Source of the DNA: Eledone cirrhosa
Taxonomy: Eukaryota
Length of the DNA: 64,000 nt
Assembly (NCBI GenBank): GCA_964016885.1
Contig: OZ024744.1
Coordinates: 118,048,001-118,112,000 of the forward strand
Reading direction: 5' to 3'
Shown here in pieces: positions 25,429 to 38,651 of the stretch. Positions within the stretch are counted from its first letter, which is position 1; each line of letters opens with the position of its first letter. The position numbers and the translations under genes were made by a program. The notes under the pieces were generated by a model. The model searched no databases. It was not told the DNA's origin and was given only the letters and a program-made list of their open reading frames with translations.

Positions 25429-27140
25429 TCTTTATATCTTTATATATATAAAAGTGAGGATGTGTGTGTGTGTCTGTGTACAACTTTGGATACCTAAGGC
25501 TTTTACAGTTACCAACTGAATTTGACCAAATTTTCTGTGCACGTTGCACAGGTCGCTAAGATGGTCACATCACAAACATTTTTTTCAATCGACCCACGTT
25601 GAGCAATAAAAAAAAATCGATATCAAAATTGATGTAAGGGAGATAACCAACTTTATTGACAATCCTTATAAAAAGGGAGATAACCAACTTTATTGACAAT
25701 CCTTATAAAGAGAGTGAGATATGGAGACCTTCGTTTTCAATTTTAAAACAACAATCATCGTTGGACTAAATTTCAGAAATATAAACATCAGATTCATTTG
25801 AAGATAAATCACTAATATTATCGTTTGTTTCTTGTTTATTCTTTGCTGCACTTTCAAAGTTAAAAAAACACTTGTTGTTTTAACTTGTTTCACTATATTA
25901 AGTGTTAATTTTCGCGGTAAGGGCCTAATCTCGCAGCAGTCTCGAATTGACGAAATTTTGATGATGGTTTGTTTATTTTTAGAACAATCCTTATGGGACT
26001 TTGCATTCAAACCATTGGCACCTACAGCTTTTACATTTTTAAAGTAATTTCGTCCACATTTGAGGCAGGCATTATCTATGCTTCCAGCTGTATTCGTACA
26101 CATCAAACTTTTTTGACAATGAAGGAACATACTGAACAGGATTCTTCCTGGATGTCCACGGATATATAAATCTATTGATACTGTGTGATCCACAGGATGC
26201 AGTCAATTATCCAGTTGAATTTCTAAATTCTTTAAATCCTCCTGGTTTACCTCCTAATACATTGGTTCTGAAAGAGGGAACGCCAGTTATTTTGCTGAGA
26301 AATATCACTCCTCCAAAACTATGCAATGGTACACGCCTTGTGGTTAAAACCCTGTCTCCACTTAGTATTGACGCTACCATTCTATCCGGATGTGATAACA
26401 AAAATTAGCCTGACTACATCAGGCCTGGATACTCCTTTCTCCTTTCGCCGAACCCAATTTCCCCTTCGTGTTGCCTTCGCGATGTCCATAAACAAGTCGC
26501 AAGGTCAAACTCTGTCCGTCGCTGGAAATCACTTGGATGAACCTTGCTTTTCGCACGGACAATTCTACGTTGCCTGCTCACGAGTTGGCAGTAGAGATAA
26601 TCTCTTTGCGTTTGTTCCAAAAAGAAAACAAAGAATATCGTCTATCCTGAAGTGCTTTAGTGTTAACAAAAACACTTATTACAGCTCTGCCTTGACTTCA
26701 TCTTACTCATTACAAAACATACCAATGAATATGTCATGCAGGATATTTTGGATTATAAGTTCAAAATTTAGCCATACACAGTAAAGGATGCTCTCAAAGA
26801 ATAGATTTTCTCTTATTCTACTCTCATTGTTTTTTTTGTTTGTATACAACTCTGCTTTCATTACAACTTTTTGTACTTTAGCAAAATTGCCTGTTTTTTT
26901 TACAAATTTGCAACGTGTATTGTCTTTAATCATTTGTATAACTACATCCTGTTCAGTGTTTTCCTTCATTATCAACATAATTTTATGCGTACAAAGATTG
27001 CACTAAATATTTGTTTGCATTAATTATTGAAGACTTCTGCTTATGTTGACAGGTTGGGGACAAATAATGTTCTTTTACTTCCTAGCTGCATATTCTTAGC
27101 ATAATTTCAAACCCCGAGCAACGCCGGGTAAATCTGCTAG
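25429..27140 (+). mobile_element. Non-autonomous Helitron with a PIF1-like helicase remnant
   Basis: 5' TC, 3' hairpin cccgagcaacgccggg followed by CTAG, inserted between A and T of a satellite unit (aaatacaa|tagt) with no TSD. Confidence 0.92.
26175..26660 (+). pseudogene. Helitron RepHel PIF1-family helicase C-terminal fragment (disrupted)
   Basis: [37 protein letters not shown] and QFPLRVAFAMSINKSQGQTL...FSHGQFYVACSRV, in two different frames. Confidence 0.92.
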
Positions 27141-27729
27141 TAGTTTATATAGAGAGTAATGTAAATGTTATGTGAGATATTATGTGAGGTAAAGCCTTTA
27201 CTGTGAAAATACAATAGTATATATAGAGTAATGTAAATATTATGTGAGGTAAAGCCTTTACTGTGAAAATACAATAGTATATATAGAGTAATGTAAATGT
27301 TATGTGAGATATTATGTGAGGTAAAGCCTTTACTGTGAAAATACAATAGTATATATAGAGTAATGTAAATGTTATGTGAGGTAATTATGTGAGGTAAAGC
27401 CTTTACTGTGAGAATACAATAGTATATATAGAGTAATGTAAATGTTATGCGAGATATTATGTGAAGTAAAGCCTTTACTGTGAAAATATAATAGTATATA
27501 TAGAGTAATATAAATCCTACATTTAGTGTAGCTTATCTCCCTTGTACTGCTGAATTTGACTTAATGCAATATCGTAATGCACTAAACATTTACATCACCG
27601 TTTAACAACCATTTTCCATGTTTGCCTGGGTTACACGGGTGGCCACATCATCAGACAAGTCTGGCCAGTTGGCCACACCATACACTGTTCACATATATTA
27701 AATTATTTATAACAATAAATTACCAAGCT

Positions 27730-28040
27730 TAGATGAGTTGAGAGAGAAACTGTGTATAAGAGGGACAAGTTGTGTGCAGGAGAGAAGACTGCGATGGTAT
27801 GGACACGTGGTGCGCATGGAGGATGACCGCTGGGTAAAGAAGTGCCAAGAAATCCCAGTAGAAGGAAGATGCTGTAAAGGTAGACCGCGAAAAACATGGG
27901 CGGAGGTGGTGAGAGCAGACCTCAGATCGCTGAAGCTCACAGAGGAGATGACGAAGTACCGTGACAAGTGGAGAAATACTAAATAGAACATGTCCCACCT
28001 CTGTAAGCAGGGACAAGTGGAAATAAAATGATGATGATAC
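27730..28040 (+). mobile_element. RTE LINE 3' end
   Basis: QERRLRWYGHVVRMEDDRWVKKCQEIPVEGRCCKGRPRKTWAEVVRADL followed by a (GAT) tail. Confidence 0.9.
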
Positions 28041-28100
28041 CCAATTATGCTTCCATACTATAACATTCCTTTCATGTATTTTGGAAACCTTATTTATTTA

Positions 28101-28410
28101 CACAACACACAACCCAGTCTAACACCATTACCACTAGGTCACCACATACCTCCACTGTAGTATACTGGAGTAATGTGAAATGATGTGTTTTGTTCAAGAA
28201 CACAACACACAACCCAGTCTAACACCCTTACCACTAGGTCACCACATACCTCCACTGTAGTATACTGGAGTAATGTGAAATGATGTGTTTTGTTCAAGAA
28301 CACAACACACAACCCAGTCTAACACTCTAACCACTAGGCCACCACATACCTCACTGTAGTATACTGGAGTAATGTGAAATGAAGTGTTTTGTTCACCCTT
28401 ACCACTAGGT
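28101..28410. repeat. 100-bp tandem triplication of a SINE-like segment
   Basis: cacaacacacaacccagtct at 28101, 28201 and 28301. The unit resembles the single copy at 17866-17910. Confidence 0.9.
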
Positions 28411-28589
28411 CACAGAACTCCAGTTTGTACAGGTGTAATCTAGTTTTGATTACATCACTTCAAACATTGCAGGTTTTGAGAGAAAAAAGAAGCACAAGTT
28501 TCAATACACATTCACACCCACACACAAGCAGAGTAAAGACAAACTTAATACAAATATGTGTCTCTCTTTATGATTGCTATTTATTAATA

Positions 28590-28745
28590 TAATAATAATG
28601 AAAATTATTGTGTACAGTGCTCAGGTGCACTACAATTCATCAATGGTGTGTGTGTAGTACAAAGAATAATGTACAAATGTCAGAAAAGTGAACAGTGTAA
28701 GAGTTGTGATATACACACAGATACATGCTTGTTTGCGTATGGAGG
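28590..28745 (-). mobile_element. CR1-like LINE 3' tail, inverted copy of ~19170-19320
   Basis: aataatgaaaattattgtgtacagtgctcaggtgcactacaa is the reverse complement of the tail at ~19275-19316. Confidence 0.85.
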
Positions 28746-28889
28746 AGGAATATCAAGTGTTTGACAAAGAGAGATTGCTAAAATATGTATTATGTTCGAT
28801 ATAATAAAGTCCTTTCAAGACAGTGCTCCAGTATGGCATAGTCTAATAGCTGAAAGAAGTAAAAGAATGTAAAAAAAAATAAACCTTAC

Positions 28890-28975
28890 TTTTTTGATGA
28901 ATATTTAGGAGGTGAAGTTATTTGTATTTCTTGTTTCCAAGAAGCCAGTAAATTCTTCTGTTTTTGTGTAAAAGC
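28890..28975 (-). CDS. SAMD4: Smaug/SAMD4 exon, end of PHAT-like region
   Basis: Encodes AFTQKQKNLLASWKQEIQITSPPKYSSK, similar to SAMD4 AFTETQKKRLLSWKQQVQ. Acceptor ttcag, donor GTAAG in phase 2. Confidence 0.9.
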
Positions 28976-30185
28976 CTGAAGAGAGATAGAAAATATTAAA
29001 ATAATCAAACAAAGGGTTTCTGCGGGGGTTTATGGAGTTTTATTTACCTCCATTGCCACCACTATCTTTTTATGTTCGTTTTACCATGATGGCATAGGTT
29101 GAACAAGATCTCTTTTCTCGTAGGTATCATATGGCCGAATGTCAATCCATACCTTACTCCAAGTATGGTACTTGCACCGCTGATAATTATTCACAGAGGA
29201 CACCCACTACTAGTTTCTCAGACATTGTTTATGAGAAACCGTAGCAAATGTCACAGTGACTAGTAAACACATGTATACTGCTGCCACTACCATTCCATAT
29301 GTCATAGTTTCTACAGTTTAATGCCCTTCCCAATGCCAACCACCTTACAGCAATAACACCTACTCTGTAGGACATCTCCGAATCAAATATTTTCTCTGTG
29401 TTTGCCATAATTCCTCTATTGAATAACTAATTGTGCAATCTACACCTGATGATGTCGCCAGTATCTTACGTAATCAGGCCATTGAAATATATATAGAGTT
29501 TTTTCAACAATAAAACTTTAAGGGAACCTCACCAGTCTGGCTTCCTGTTAATTTAATCAAAATAATATTCAACTCTGTTCATGCACCCCAATAGGATACA
29601 ACATCAAAGATGGATGAGTTATGTAACACAGTGCTTTTCCTACTATTACATCATGGTTAACTAAACGGAATGACCAGTTCTATCCAGAGGTCAACCACCA
29701 AACTTGAATATATATATATATATATATTCAAGTTTGGTGGTTGACACTTATATTGTTTTGACCTGTTTAGCTTGATTTGCTTTTTGGCATAGGTGGTTAA
29801 TGCCTTCTTGACCACTTTCTCAGTTTTGTATGGTGTCTTAACATATTGTTTAGCTCTGGTTTTTTAACTATGGAGCGCTTGCCAGCATTATTTCTGATTT
29901 TTGCGTTTCGTTTCGCCTTTTCTACCCACCGAAATGCAATTCTCGCTAAATCTATATTTATATATATATATATAAATGCTTCTCTGATGATCTTTGCTTT
30001 TCCATTAATATCCATGTGATATCTAATGTTTTGCAAAGTGAAACTGTACAGTAAGAGCTACCCGGATAGGTAAATATTTATATTATATTTTTTAATTTTG
30101 ATTAATTTTGATTGTAAATTAATTTTGATTTATTTTGAAAAATTGGTTGAATTTTACTTGTTCTGCTTATCTTCATATATATGTA

Positions 30186-30189
<4 letters not shown>

Positions 30190-30272
<83 letters not shown>

Positions 30273-30373
30273 ATATATATATTTATTTCGTTTCTGAATT
30301 TGTTTAGCAAGATTCTTTATCTGAAATCGTGTGTTGAAACCGATATTGTTATACTTTGGGAGGGCCATGTTGC

Positions 30374-30415
<42 letters not shown>
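30190..30415. repeat. (TA)n microsatellites
   Basis: Two TA runs at ~30190-30282 and ~30377-30415. Confidence 0.95.
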
Positions 30416-30418
<3 letters not shown>

Positions 30419-30479
30419 TCATTTATATATTCATATATATAAGAATGTATGATGAAAAGGAAATGAAAAGTATACATAC

Positions 30480-30568
30480 CTCATGGTTTATACATTTATC
30501 AATTAGTTGCAAATATATATTTTGGCTTTCCTCATCGATTCTGTTTCCAACCAATAATTGGGTACAAA
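30480..30568 (-). CDS. SAMD4: Smaug/SAMD4 exon, PHAT-like region
   Basis: Translated by hand: (V)[29 protein letters not shown], similar to SAMD4 [29 protein letters not shown]. Phase 1 to 0. Confidence 0.95.
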
Positions 30569-31064
30569 CTACAGTAATAGAAAACAATGAGACATTACTA
30601 TCAATACAAGCATTACATTACAAATATGTTTTGTTAAGGTTTACATATATTCCGCTTGAGGTCGTTAGAGCGTCAGATAGAGTGCTTTGTTGTATTCAAT
30701 AATGAGTACCGGCAATGCATGGGGGGGTTTAACCCTGCGATGGACTGGTGTCTTGTCCAGAGGGGAGTCTAACACTTTTGGTCACTTTCGGTAAGGGAAC
30801 CGGGATAAGGACAGACCTGATGAGCGTCTGGGCTTGAGAGAGACTTTAAACCTGCAAGAGTCTGGCGTGTTGTCCAGGAGAAAGTCTTGTACTATCAGTC
30901 AGTGCACACTATGGAAAACAGGGGAAGCACCAGCTTGATGAACCAGCAGGTTGAAGACAGAATTCAGACTTCTGTTACGTTGACTTAGCAGTAGTCTGCT
31001 CTACAACTGATGGAAAATTTGATTCCCACAGGTGGTTTTATCACATATTGTCTCCTGTCAAAGT

Positions 31065-34000
31065 GCAAAAAGTACCCAGTCCACACTGTAATGTGGTTAT
31101 GTAGGTGTCACAAAATAAGTACCCAGTATACTGTAAAGTGGTCATGTAGGTGTCACAACAAAAAGTACCCAGTACACACTGTAAAGTGGTCATGTAGCTG
31201 TCACAACAAAAAGTACCCAGTACACACTGTAAAGTTGTCATGTAGCTGTCACAACAAAAAGTACCCAGTACACACTGTAAAGTGGTCATGTAGGTGTCAC
31301 AACAAAAAGTAACCAGTACACACTGTAAAGTGGTCATATAGGTGTCACAACATATAGTACCCAGTACACACTGTAAAGTGGTCATGTAGCTGTCACAACA
31401 AAAAGTACCCAGTACACACTGTAAAGTTGTCATGTAGGTGTCACAACATGTAGTACCCAGTACACACTGTAAAGTGGTCATGTAGGTGTTACAACATGTA
31501 GGACCCAGTACACACTGTAAAGTTGTCATGTAGCTGTCACAACAAAAAGTATCCAGTCCACACTGTAAAGTGGTCATGTAGGTGTCACAACAAAAAGTAC
31601 CCAGTACACACTGTAAAGTGGTCATGTAGGTGTCACGACAAAAGGTACCAAGTACACACTGTAAAGTAGTCACGTAGGTGTCACAACAAAAAGTACCCAG
31701 TACACACTGTAAAGTGGTCATGTAGGTGTTACAACATATAGTACCCAGTACACACTGTAAAGTGGTCAAGTAGCTGTCACAACAAAAAGTATCCAGTCCA
31801 CACTGTAAAGTGGTCATGTAGGTGTCACAACAAAAAGTACCCAGTACACACTGTAAAGTAGTCATGTAGTTAACAAGAAAAAATACCCAGTACACACTAT
31901 AAAGTGGTCATGTAGGTGTCACAACAAAAAGTACCCAGTACACATTGTAAAGTGGTCATGTAGGTGTCACAGAAAAAAGTACCCAGTACACACTGTAAAG
32001 TGGTCATGTAGGTGTCACAACAAAAAGGACCCAGTACACACTGTAAAGTGGTCATGTAGGTGTCACAACAAAAAGGACCCAGTACACACTGTAAAGTGGT
32101 CATGTAGGTGTCACAACAAAAAGTACCCAGCACACACTATGTATGAAGTGGTCATGTAGGTGTCACAAGAAAAAAGTACCAAGTACACACTGTAAAGTAG
32201 TCATGTAGGTGTCACAACAAAAAGTACCCAGTACACACTGTAAAATGGTCATGTCGGTGTCACAACAAAAAGCACCCAGTACACACTGTAAAGTAGTCAT
32301 ATAGGTGTCACAACAAAAGGTACCCAGTACACAATGTAAAGTGGTCATGTAGGTGTCACAACAAATTGTACCCAATCCACACTGTAAAGTGGTCATATAG
32401 GTGTCACAACAAAAAATACTCAGTGCACACTGTAAAGTCATGTAGGTGTTATACTAAAAAGTACCCAGTACACACTGTAAAGTGGTCATATAGCTGTCAC
32501 AATAAAATGCACCCTGTACATACTGTAAAGTGGTCATATAGGTGTCACAACAAAAAGTACCCCGTACACTGCAAACTGGTCATGTAGGTGTCACAACAAA
32601 AAGTACCAAGTACACACTGTAAAGTGGTCATGTAGAAGTAACAACAAAATTACCCTGTACACGCTGCAAAGTGGTCATGTCGGTGTCACAACAAAAAGTA
32701 GCCAGTACACACTGTAAAGTGGTCATGTAGGTGTCACAACAAAAAGTAGCCAGTACACACTGTAAAGTTGTCATGTAGGTGTCAGAAGAAAAAAGTACCC
32801 AGTACACACTATAAGGTGGCCTGTAGCTGTCACAACAAAACGTACCCAGTACACACTGTAAAGTGGTCATGTAAATGTCACAACGAAAAGTATCCAGTAC
32901 ACACTGTAAAGTGGTCATATAGCTGTCACAACAAAAAGCACCCTGTACACACTGTAAAGTGGTCATGTAAATGTCACAACGAAAAGTATCCAGTACACAC
33001 TGTAAAGTGGTCATATAGCTGTCACAACAAAAAGCACCCTGTACATACTGTAAAGTGGTCATGTAGGTGTCACAACAAAAAGTACCCAGTACACACTGTA
33101 AAGTGGTCATGTAGGTGTCACAACAAAAGGTACCCAGTACACACTGTAAAGTAGTCACGTAGGTGTCACAACAAAAAGTACCCAGTACACACTGTAAAGT
33201 GGTCATGTAGGTGTTACAACATATAGTACCCAGTACACACTGTAAAGTTGTCAAGTAGCTGTCACAGAAAAAAGTACCTAGTACACACTGTAAAGTGGTC
33301 ATGTAGGTGTCAAAACAAAAAGTACCCAGTACACACTGTAAAGTGATCATGTAGGTGTCAAAACAAAAAGTACCCAGTACACACTGTAAAGTGGTCATGT
33401 AGGTGCCACAACAAAAAGTACCCAGTACACACTATGTATGAAGTGGTCATGTAGGTGTCACAAGAAAAAAGTACCAAGTACACACTGTAAAGTAGTCATG
33501 TAGGTGTCACAACAAAAAGTACCCAGTACACACTGTAAAAGGGTCATGTCGGTGTCACAACAAAAAGCACCCAGTACACACTGTAAAGTAGTCATCTAGG
33601 TGTCACAACAAAAGGTACCCAGAACACAATGTAAAGTGGTCATGTAGGTGTCACAACAAATTGTACCCAGTCCACACTGTAAAGTGGTCATATAGATGTC
33701 ACAACAAAAAATACTCAGTGCACACTGTAAAGTCATGTAGGTGTTATACTAAAAAGTACCCAGTACACACTGTAAAGTGGTCATATAGCTGTCACAATAA
33801 AATGCACCCTGTACATACTGTAAAATGGTCATATAGGTGTCACAACAAAAAGTACCCCGTACACTGTAAAGTGGTCGTGTAGCTGTCACAACAAAAAATA
33901 CCCAGTACACACTGTAAAGTGGTCATGTAGAAGTAACAACAAAATTACCCTGTACACGCTGCAAAGTGGTCAATGTAGGTGTCACAACAAAAAGTACCCA

Positions 34001-37000
34001 GTACGCACTGTAAAGTGGTCATGTAGGTGTCACAACAAAAGGTACCCAGTACACACTGTAAAGTAGTCACGTAGGTGTCACAACAAAAAGTACCCAGTAC
34101 ACACTGTAAAGTGGTCATGTAGGTGTTACAACATATAGTACCCAGTACACACTGTAAAGTTGTCAAGTAGCTGTCACAACAAAAAGTATCCAGTCCACAC
34201 TGTAAAGTGGTCATGTAGGTGTCACAACAAAAAGTACCCAGTACACACTGTAAAGTGGTCGTGTAGCTGTCACAACAAAAAGTACTCAGTACGCACTGTA
34301 AAGTGGTCATGTAGGTGTCACAACAAAAAGTAGCCAGTACACACTGTAAAGTGGTCGTGTAGCTGTCACAACAAAAATTACCCAGTACACGCTGTAAAGT
34401 GGTCATGTAGGTGTCACAACAAAAAGTACCCAGTACACACTGTATAGTGGTCATGTAGGTGTCACAACAAAAAGTACCCAGTGCACACTGTAAGGTGGTC
34501 AAGTAGCTGTCACAACAAAACGTACCCAGTACACACTGTAAAGTGGTCATGTAGATGTAACAACAAAAAGTACCCAGTACACATTGTAAAGTGGTCATGT
34601 AGGTGTCACAACAAAACGTACCCAGTACTCACTGTAAAGTGGTCATGTAGATGTCACAACAAAACATACCCAGTACTCACTGTAAAGTGGTCATGTAGAT
34701 GTCACAACAAAACATACCCAGTACACACTGTAAAGTGGTCATGTAGGTGTCACAACAAAAAGTACCCAGTACACACTGTAAAGTGGTCATGTAGGTGTCA
34801 CAACAAAATTACCCAGTACACACTGCAAAGTGGTCATGTAGATGTCACAATAAAAAATACCTAGTGCACAATGTAAACTCGTCATGTAGGTGTCACAACA
34901 AAAAGTACCCAGTACACACTGTAAAGTGGTCATGTAGGTGTCACAACAAAAAGTACCCAGTACACACTGTAAAGTGGTCATGTAGGTGTCAGCAAAAAGT
35001 ACCCAGTCCACACTGTAAAGTGGTCATGTAGGCATTACAACAAAAAGTACCCAGTCCACACTGTTAAGTGGTTATGTAGGTGTCACAACAAATGGTACCC
35101 AGTACACACTGTAAAGTGGTCATGTAGATGTAGCAACAAAAAGCACCCAGTGCATACTCTAAAATGGTCATGTAAGTATCACAACAAAAAGTACCCAGTC
35201 CACACTGTAAAGTGGTCATGTAGGTGTCACAACAAAAAGCACCCAGTCCACACTGTAAAATAGTCATGTAGGTGTCACAACCAAATGCACCCATTACACA
35301 CTGTAAAGTGGTCATGTAGGTGTAATGACAAAAAGTACCACGTACACTGTAGGTGTTACAACAAAAAGTACCCAGTACATACTCTAAAATGGTCATGTAG
35401 CTGTCACAACAAAAAGTAGCCAGTACACACTGTAAAGTGGTCATGTAGGTGTCACAGCAAAAAGTAACCCGTACACTATAAAGTGGTCATGTAGGTGTCA
35501 CTGTAATGTGGTCATGTAGGTGTCATGATAAAGAGTACCCAGTACACACTGTAAACTCGTCATGTAGGTGTCACGATAAAATGTACCCAGCACACACTGT
35601 AAAGTGGTCATGTAGGTGTCACAACAAAAAGTACCCAGTCCACACTGTAAAGTCGTCATGTAGGTGTCACAACAAAAAGTACTCAGTACGCACTGTAAAG
35701 TGGTCATGTAGGTGTCACAACAAAAAGTAGCCAGTACACACTGTAAAGTGGTCGTGTAGCTGTCACAACAAAAAATACCCAGTACACACTGTAAAGTGGT
35801 CATGTAGAAGTAACAACAAAATTACCCTGTACACGCTGCAAAGTGGTCATGTAGGTGTCACAACAAAAAGTACCCAGTAGACACTGTAAAGTGGTCATGT
35901 AGGTGTCACAACATAAAGTAGCCAGTACACACTGTAAAGTTGTCATGTAGGTGTCACAACAAAATGTACCCAGTAGACACTGTAAAGTGGTCATGTAGGT
36001 GTCACAACAAAAAGTAGCCAGTACACACTGTAAAGTTGTCATGTAGGTGTCAGTAGAAAAAAGTACCCAGTACACACTATAAGGTGGCCCTGTAGCTGTC
36101 ACAACAAAACGTACCCAGTACACACTGTAAAGTGGTCATGTAAATGTCACAACGAAAAGTATCCAGTACACACTGTAAAGTGGTCATATAGCTGTCACAA
36201 CAAAAAGCACCCTGTACATACTGTAAAGTGGTCATGTAGATGTCACAATAAAAAGTACCCAGTACACACTGTAAAGTGGTCATGTAGGTGCCACAACAAA
36301 ATGTGCCCGTTACACGCTGCAAAGTGGTCATGTAGGTGTCAAGATAAAAAGTACCCAGTACACACTGTAAAGTGGTCATGTAGGTGTCACAACAAAAAGT
36401 ACCCAGTACACACTGTAAAGTAGTCATATACGTGTCACAACAAAAAATACCCAGTGCACACTGTAAGGTGGTCAAGTAGGTGTCACAACAAAAAGTACCC
36501 AGTACACACTGTAAAATTGTCATGTCGGTGTCAGAACAAAAAGTACCCAGAACACAATGTAAAGTGGTGATGTCGGTGTCAGAACAAAAAGTACCCAGAA
36601 CACACTGTAAAGTGGTCATGTCGGTGTCAGAACAAAAAGTACCCAGTACACACTGTAAGGTGGTCATGTAGCTGTCACAACAAAAAGTACCCAGTCCACA
36701 CTGTAAGGTGGTCATGTAGCTGTCACAACAAAAAGTACCCAGTACACACCGTAAGGTGGTCATGTAGCTGTCACAACAAAAAGTACCCAGTACACACTGT
36801 AAGGTGGTCATGTAGGTGTCACAACAAAATTACCCTGTACACGTTGCAAAGTGGTCATGTAGGTGTCACAACAAAAAGTACCCAGTCCACACTGTATAGT
36901 GGTCATGTAGGTGTCACAACAAAAAGTACCCAGTGCACACTGTAAGGTGGTCAAGTAGGTGTCACAACAAAAAGTACCCAGTACACACTGTAAAATTGTC

Positions 37001-38510
37001 ATGTCGGTGTCAGAACAAAAAGTACCCAGAACACAATGTAAAGTGGTGATGTCGGTGTCAGAACAAAAAGTACCCAGTCCACACTGTAAGGTGGTCATGT
37101 AGCTGTCACAACAAAAAGTACCCAGTACACACTGTAAGGTGGTCATGTAGCTGTCACAACAAAAAGTACCCAGTACACACTGTAAGGTGGTCATGTAGGT
37201 GTCACAACAAAATTACCCTGTACACGTTGCAAAGTGGTCATGTAGGTGTCACAACAAAAAGTACCCAGTCCACACTGTATAGTGGTCATGTAGGTGTCAC
37301 AACAAAAAGTACCCAGTAGACACTGTAAGGTGGTCATGTAGCTGTCACAACAAAAAGTACCCAGTACACACTGTAAAGTGGCAATATAGCTGTCACAACA
37401 AAAAGTACCCAGTACACACTGTAAAGTGGTCATGTAGATGTAACAACAAAAAGTACCCAGTACACGCTGCGAAGTGGTCATGTAGGTGTCACAACAAAAA
37501 GTACCCAGGACACATTGTAAAGGGGTCATGTAGATGTAACAACAAAATTACCCAGTACACACTGCAAAGTGGTCATGTAGATGTCACAATAAAAAATACC
37601 TAGTGCACAATGTAAACTCGTCATGTAGGTGTCACAACAAAATGTACCCAGTACACACTGTAAAGTGGTTGTGTAGGTGTCACAACAAAAAGTACCCAGT
37701 ACACACTGTAAAGTGGTCATGTAGGCATTACAACAAAAAGTACCCAGTCCACACTGTTAAGTGGTTATGTAGGTGTCACAACAAATGGTACCCAGTACAC
37801 ACTGTAAAGTGGTCATGTAGATGTAGCAACAAAAAGCACCCAGTGCATACTCTAAAATGGTCATGTAAGTATCACAACAAAAAGTACCCAGTCCACACTG
37901 TAAAGTGGTCATGTAGGTGTCACAACAAAAAGTACCCAGTGCACACTGTAAAGTGGTCATGTAGGTGTCACAACAAAAAGCACCCAGTCCACACTGTAAA
38001 ATAGTCATGTAGGTGTCACAACCAAATGCACCCATTACACACTGTAAAGTGGTCATGTAGGTGTAATGACAAAAAGTAGCCAGTACACACTGTAAAGTGG
38101 TCATGTAGGTGTCACAGCAAAAAGTAACCCGTACACTATAAAGTGGTCATGTAGGTGTCACTGTAATGTGGTCATGTAGGTGTCATGATAAAGAGTACCC
38201 AGTACACAGTGTAAACTCGTCATGTAGGTGTCACGATAAAATGTACCCAGCACACACTGTAAAGTGGTCATGTAGGTGTCACAACAAAAAGTACCCAGTC
38301 CACACTGTAAAGTCGTCATGTAGGTGTCACAACAAAAAGTACCCAGTCCACCCTGTAAAGTGGTCATGTAGGTGTCACAACAAAAAGTACCCAGTACACA
38401 CTGTAAAGTTGTCATGTAGCTGTCACAACAAAAAGTACCCAGTACACACTGTAAAGTGGTCATGTAGGTGTCACAACAAATAGCACCCAGTACACACTGT
38501 AAAGTGGTCA
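31065..38510. repeat. 48-bp tandem array (~155 units) filling a Smaug intron
   Basis: Unit aaaaagtacccagtacacactgtaaagtggtcatgtaggtgtcacaac; 16-aa periodicity. Confidence 0.97.
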
Positions 38511-38651
38511 AGTTGGTGGGATTTGAACTGAGAGAGCTGAAGTCTGATGTTCTACCGACTTCCGCACTTGTATCACCATCTTTACCAGTTAAAACTCCAC
38601 CACAGTACACTGTGACACTTCATAACCAAAAACAATGTCTCTTTTACTTAC

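Larger units (their letters stand above)
24585..27515 (-). repeat. Second 72-bp array, inverted relative to 1-1760 and interrupted by a Helitron
   Basis: The same unit lies on the minus strand at 24585-25428 and 27141-27515. Confidence 0.95.

Noticed and set aside
26175-26660. Host PIF1 helicase gene
   Set aside because: It is an intronless, disrupted fragment lying between Helitron termini.
29797-30036. Basic 79-aa minus-strand ORF as an extra exon or gene
   Set aside because: It is interrupted by a TA run and has no recognisable motif. The neighbouring Smaug exons join in phase without it.
31041-38610. Cys-rich repetitive ORFs (TTLQCVLGTFCCDTYM)n as a metallothionein- or keratin-like protein
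   Set aside because: These are read-through of a 48-bp unit divisible by 3, with frequent frameshifts and stops. The region lies within an intron bounded by phase-matched Smaug exons.
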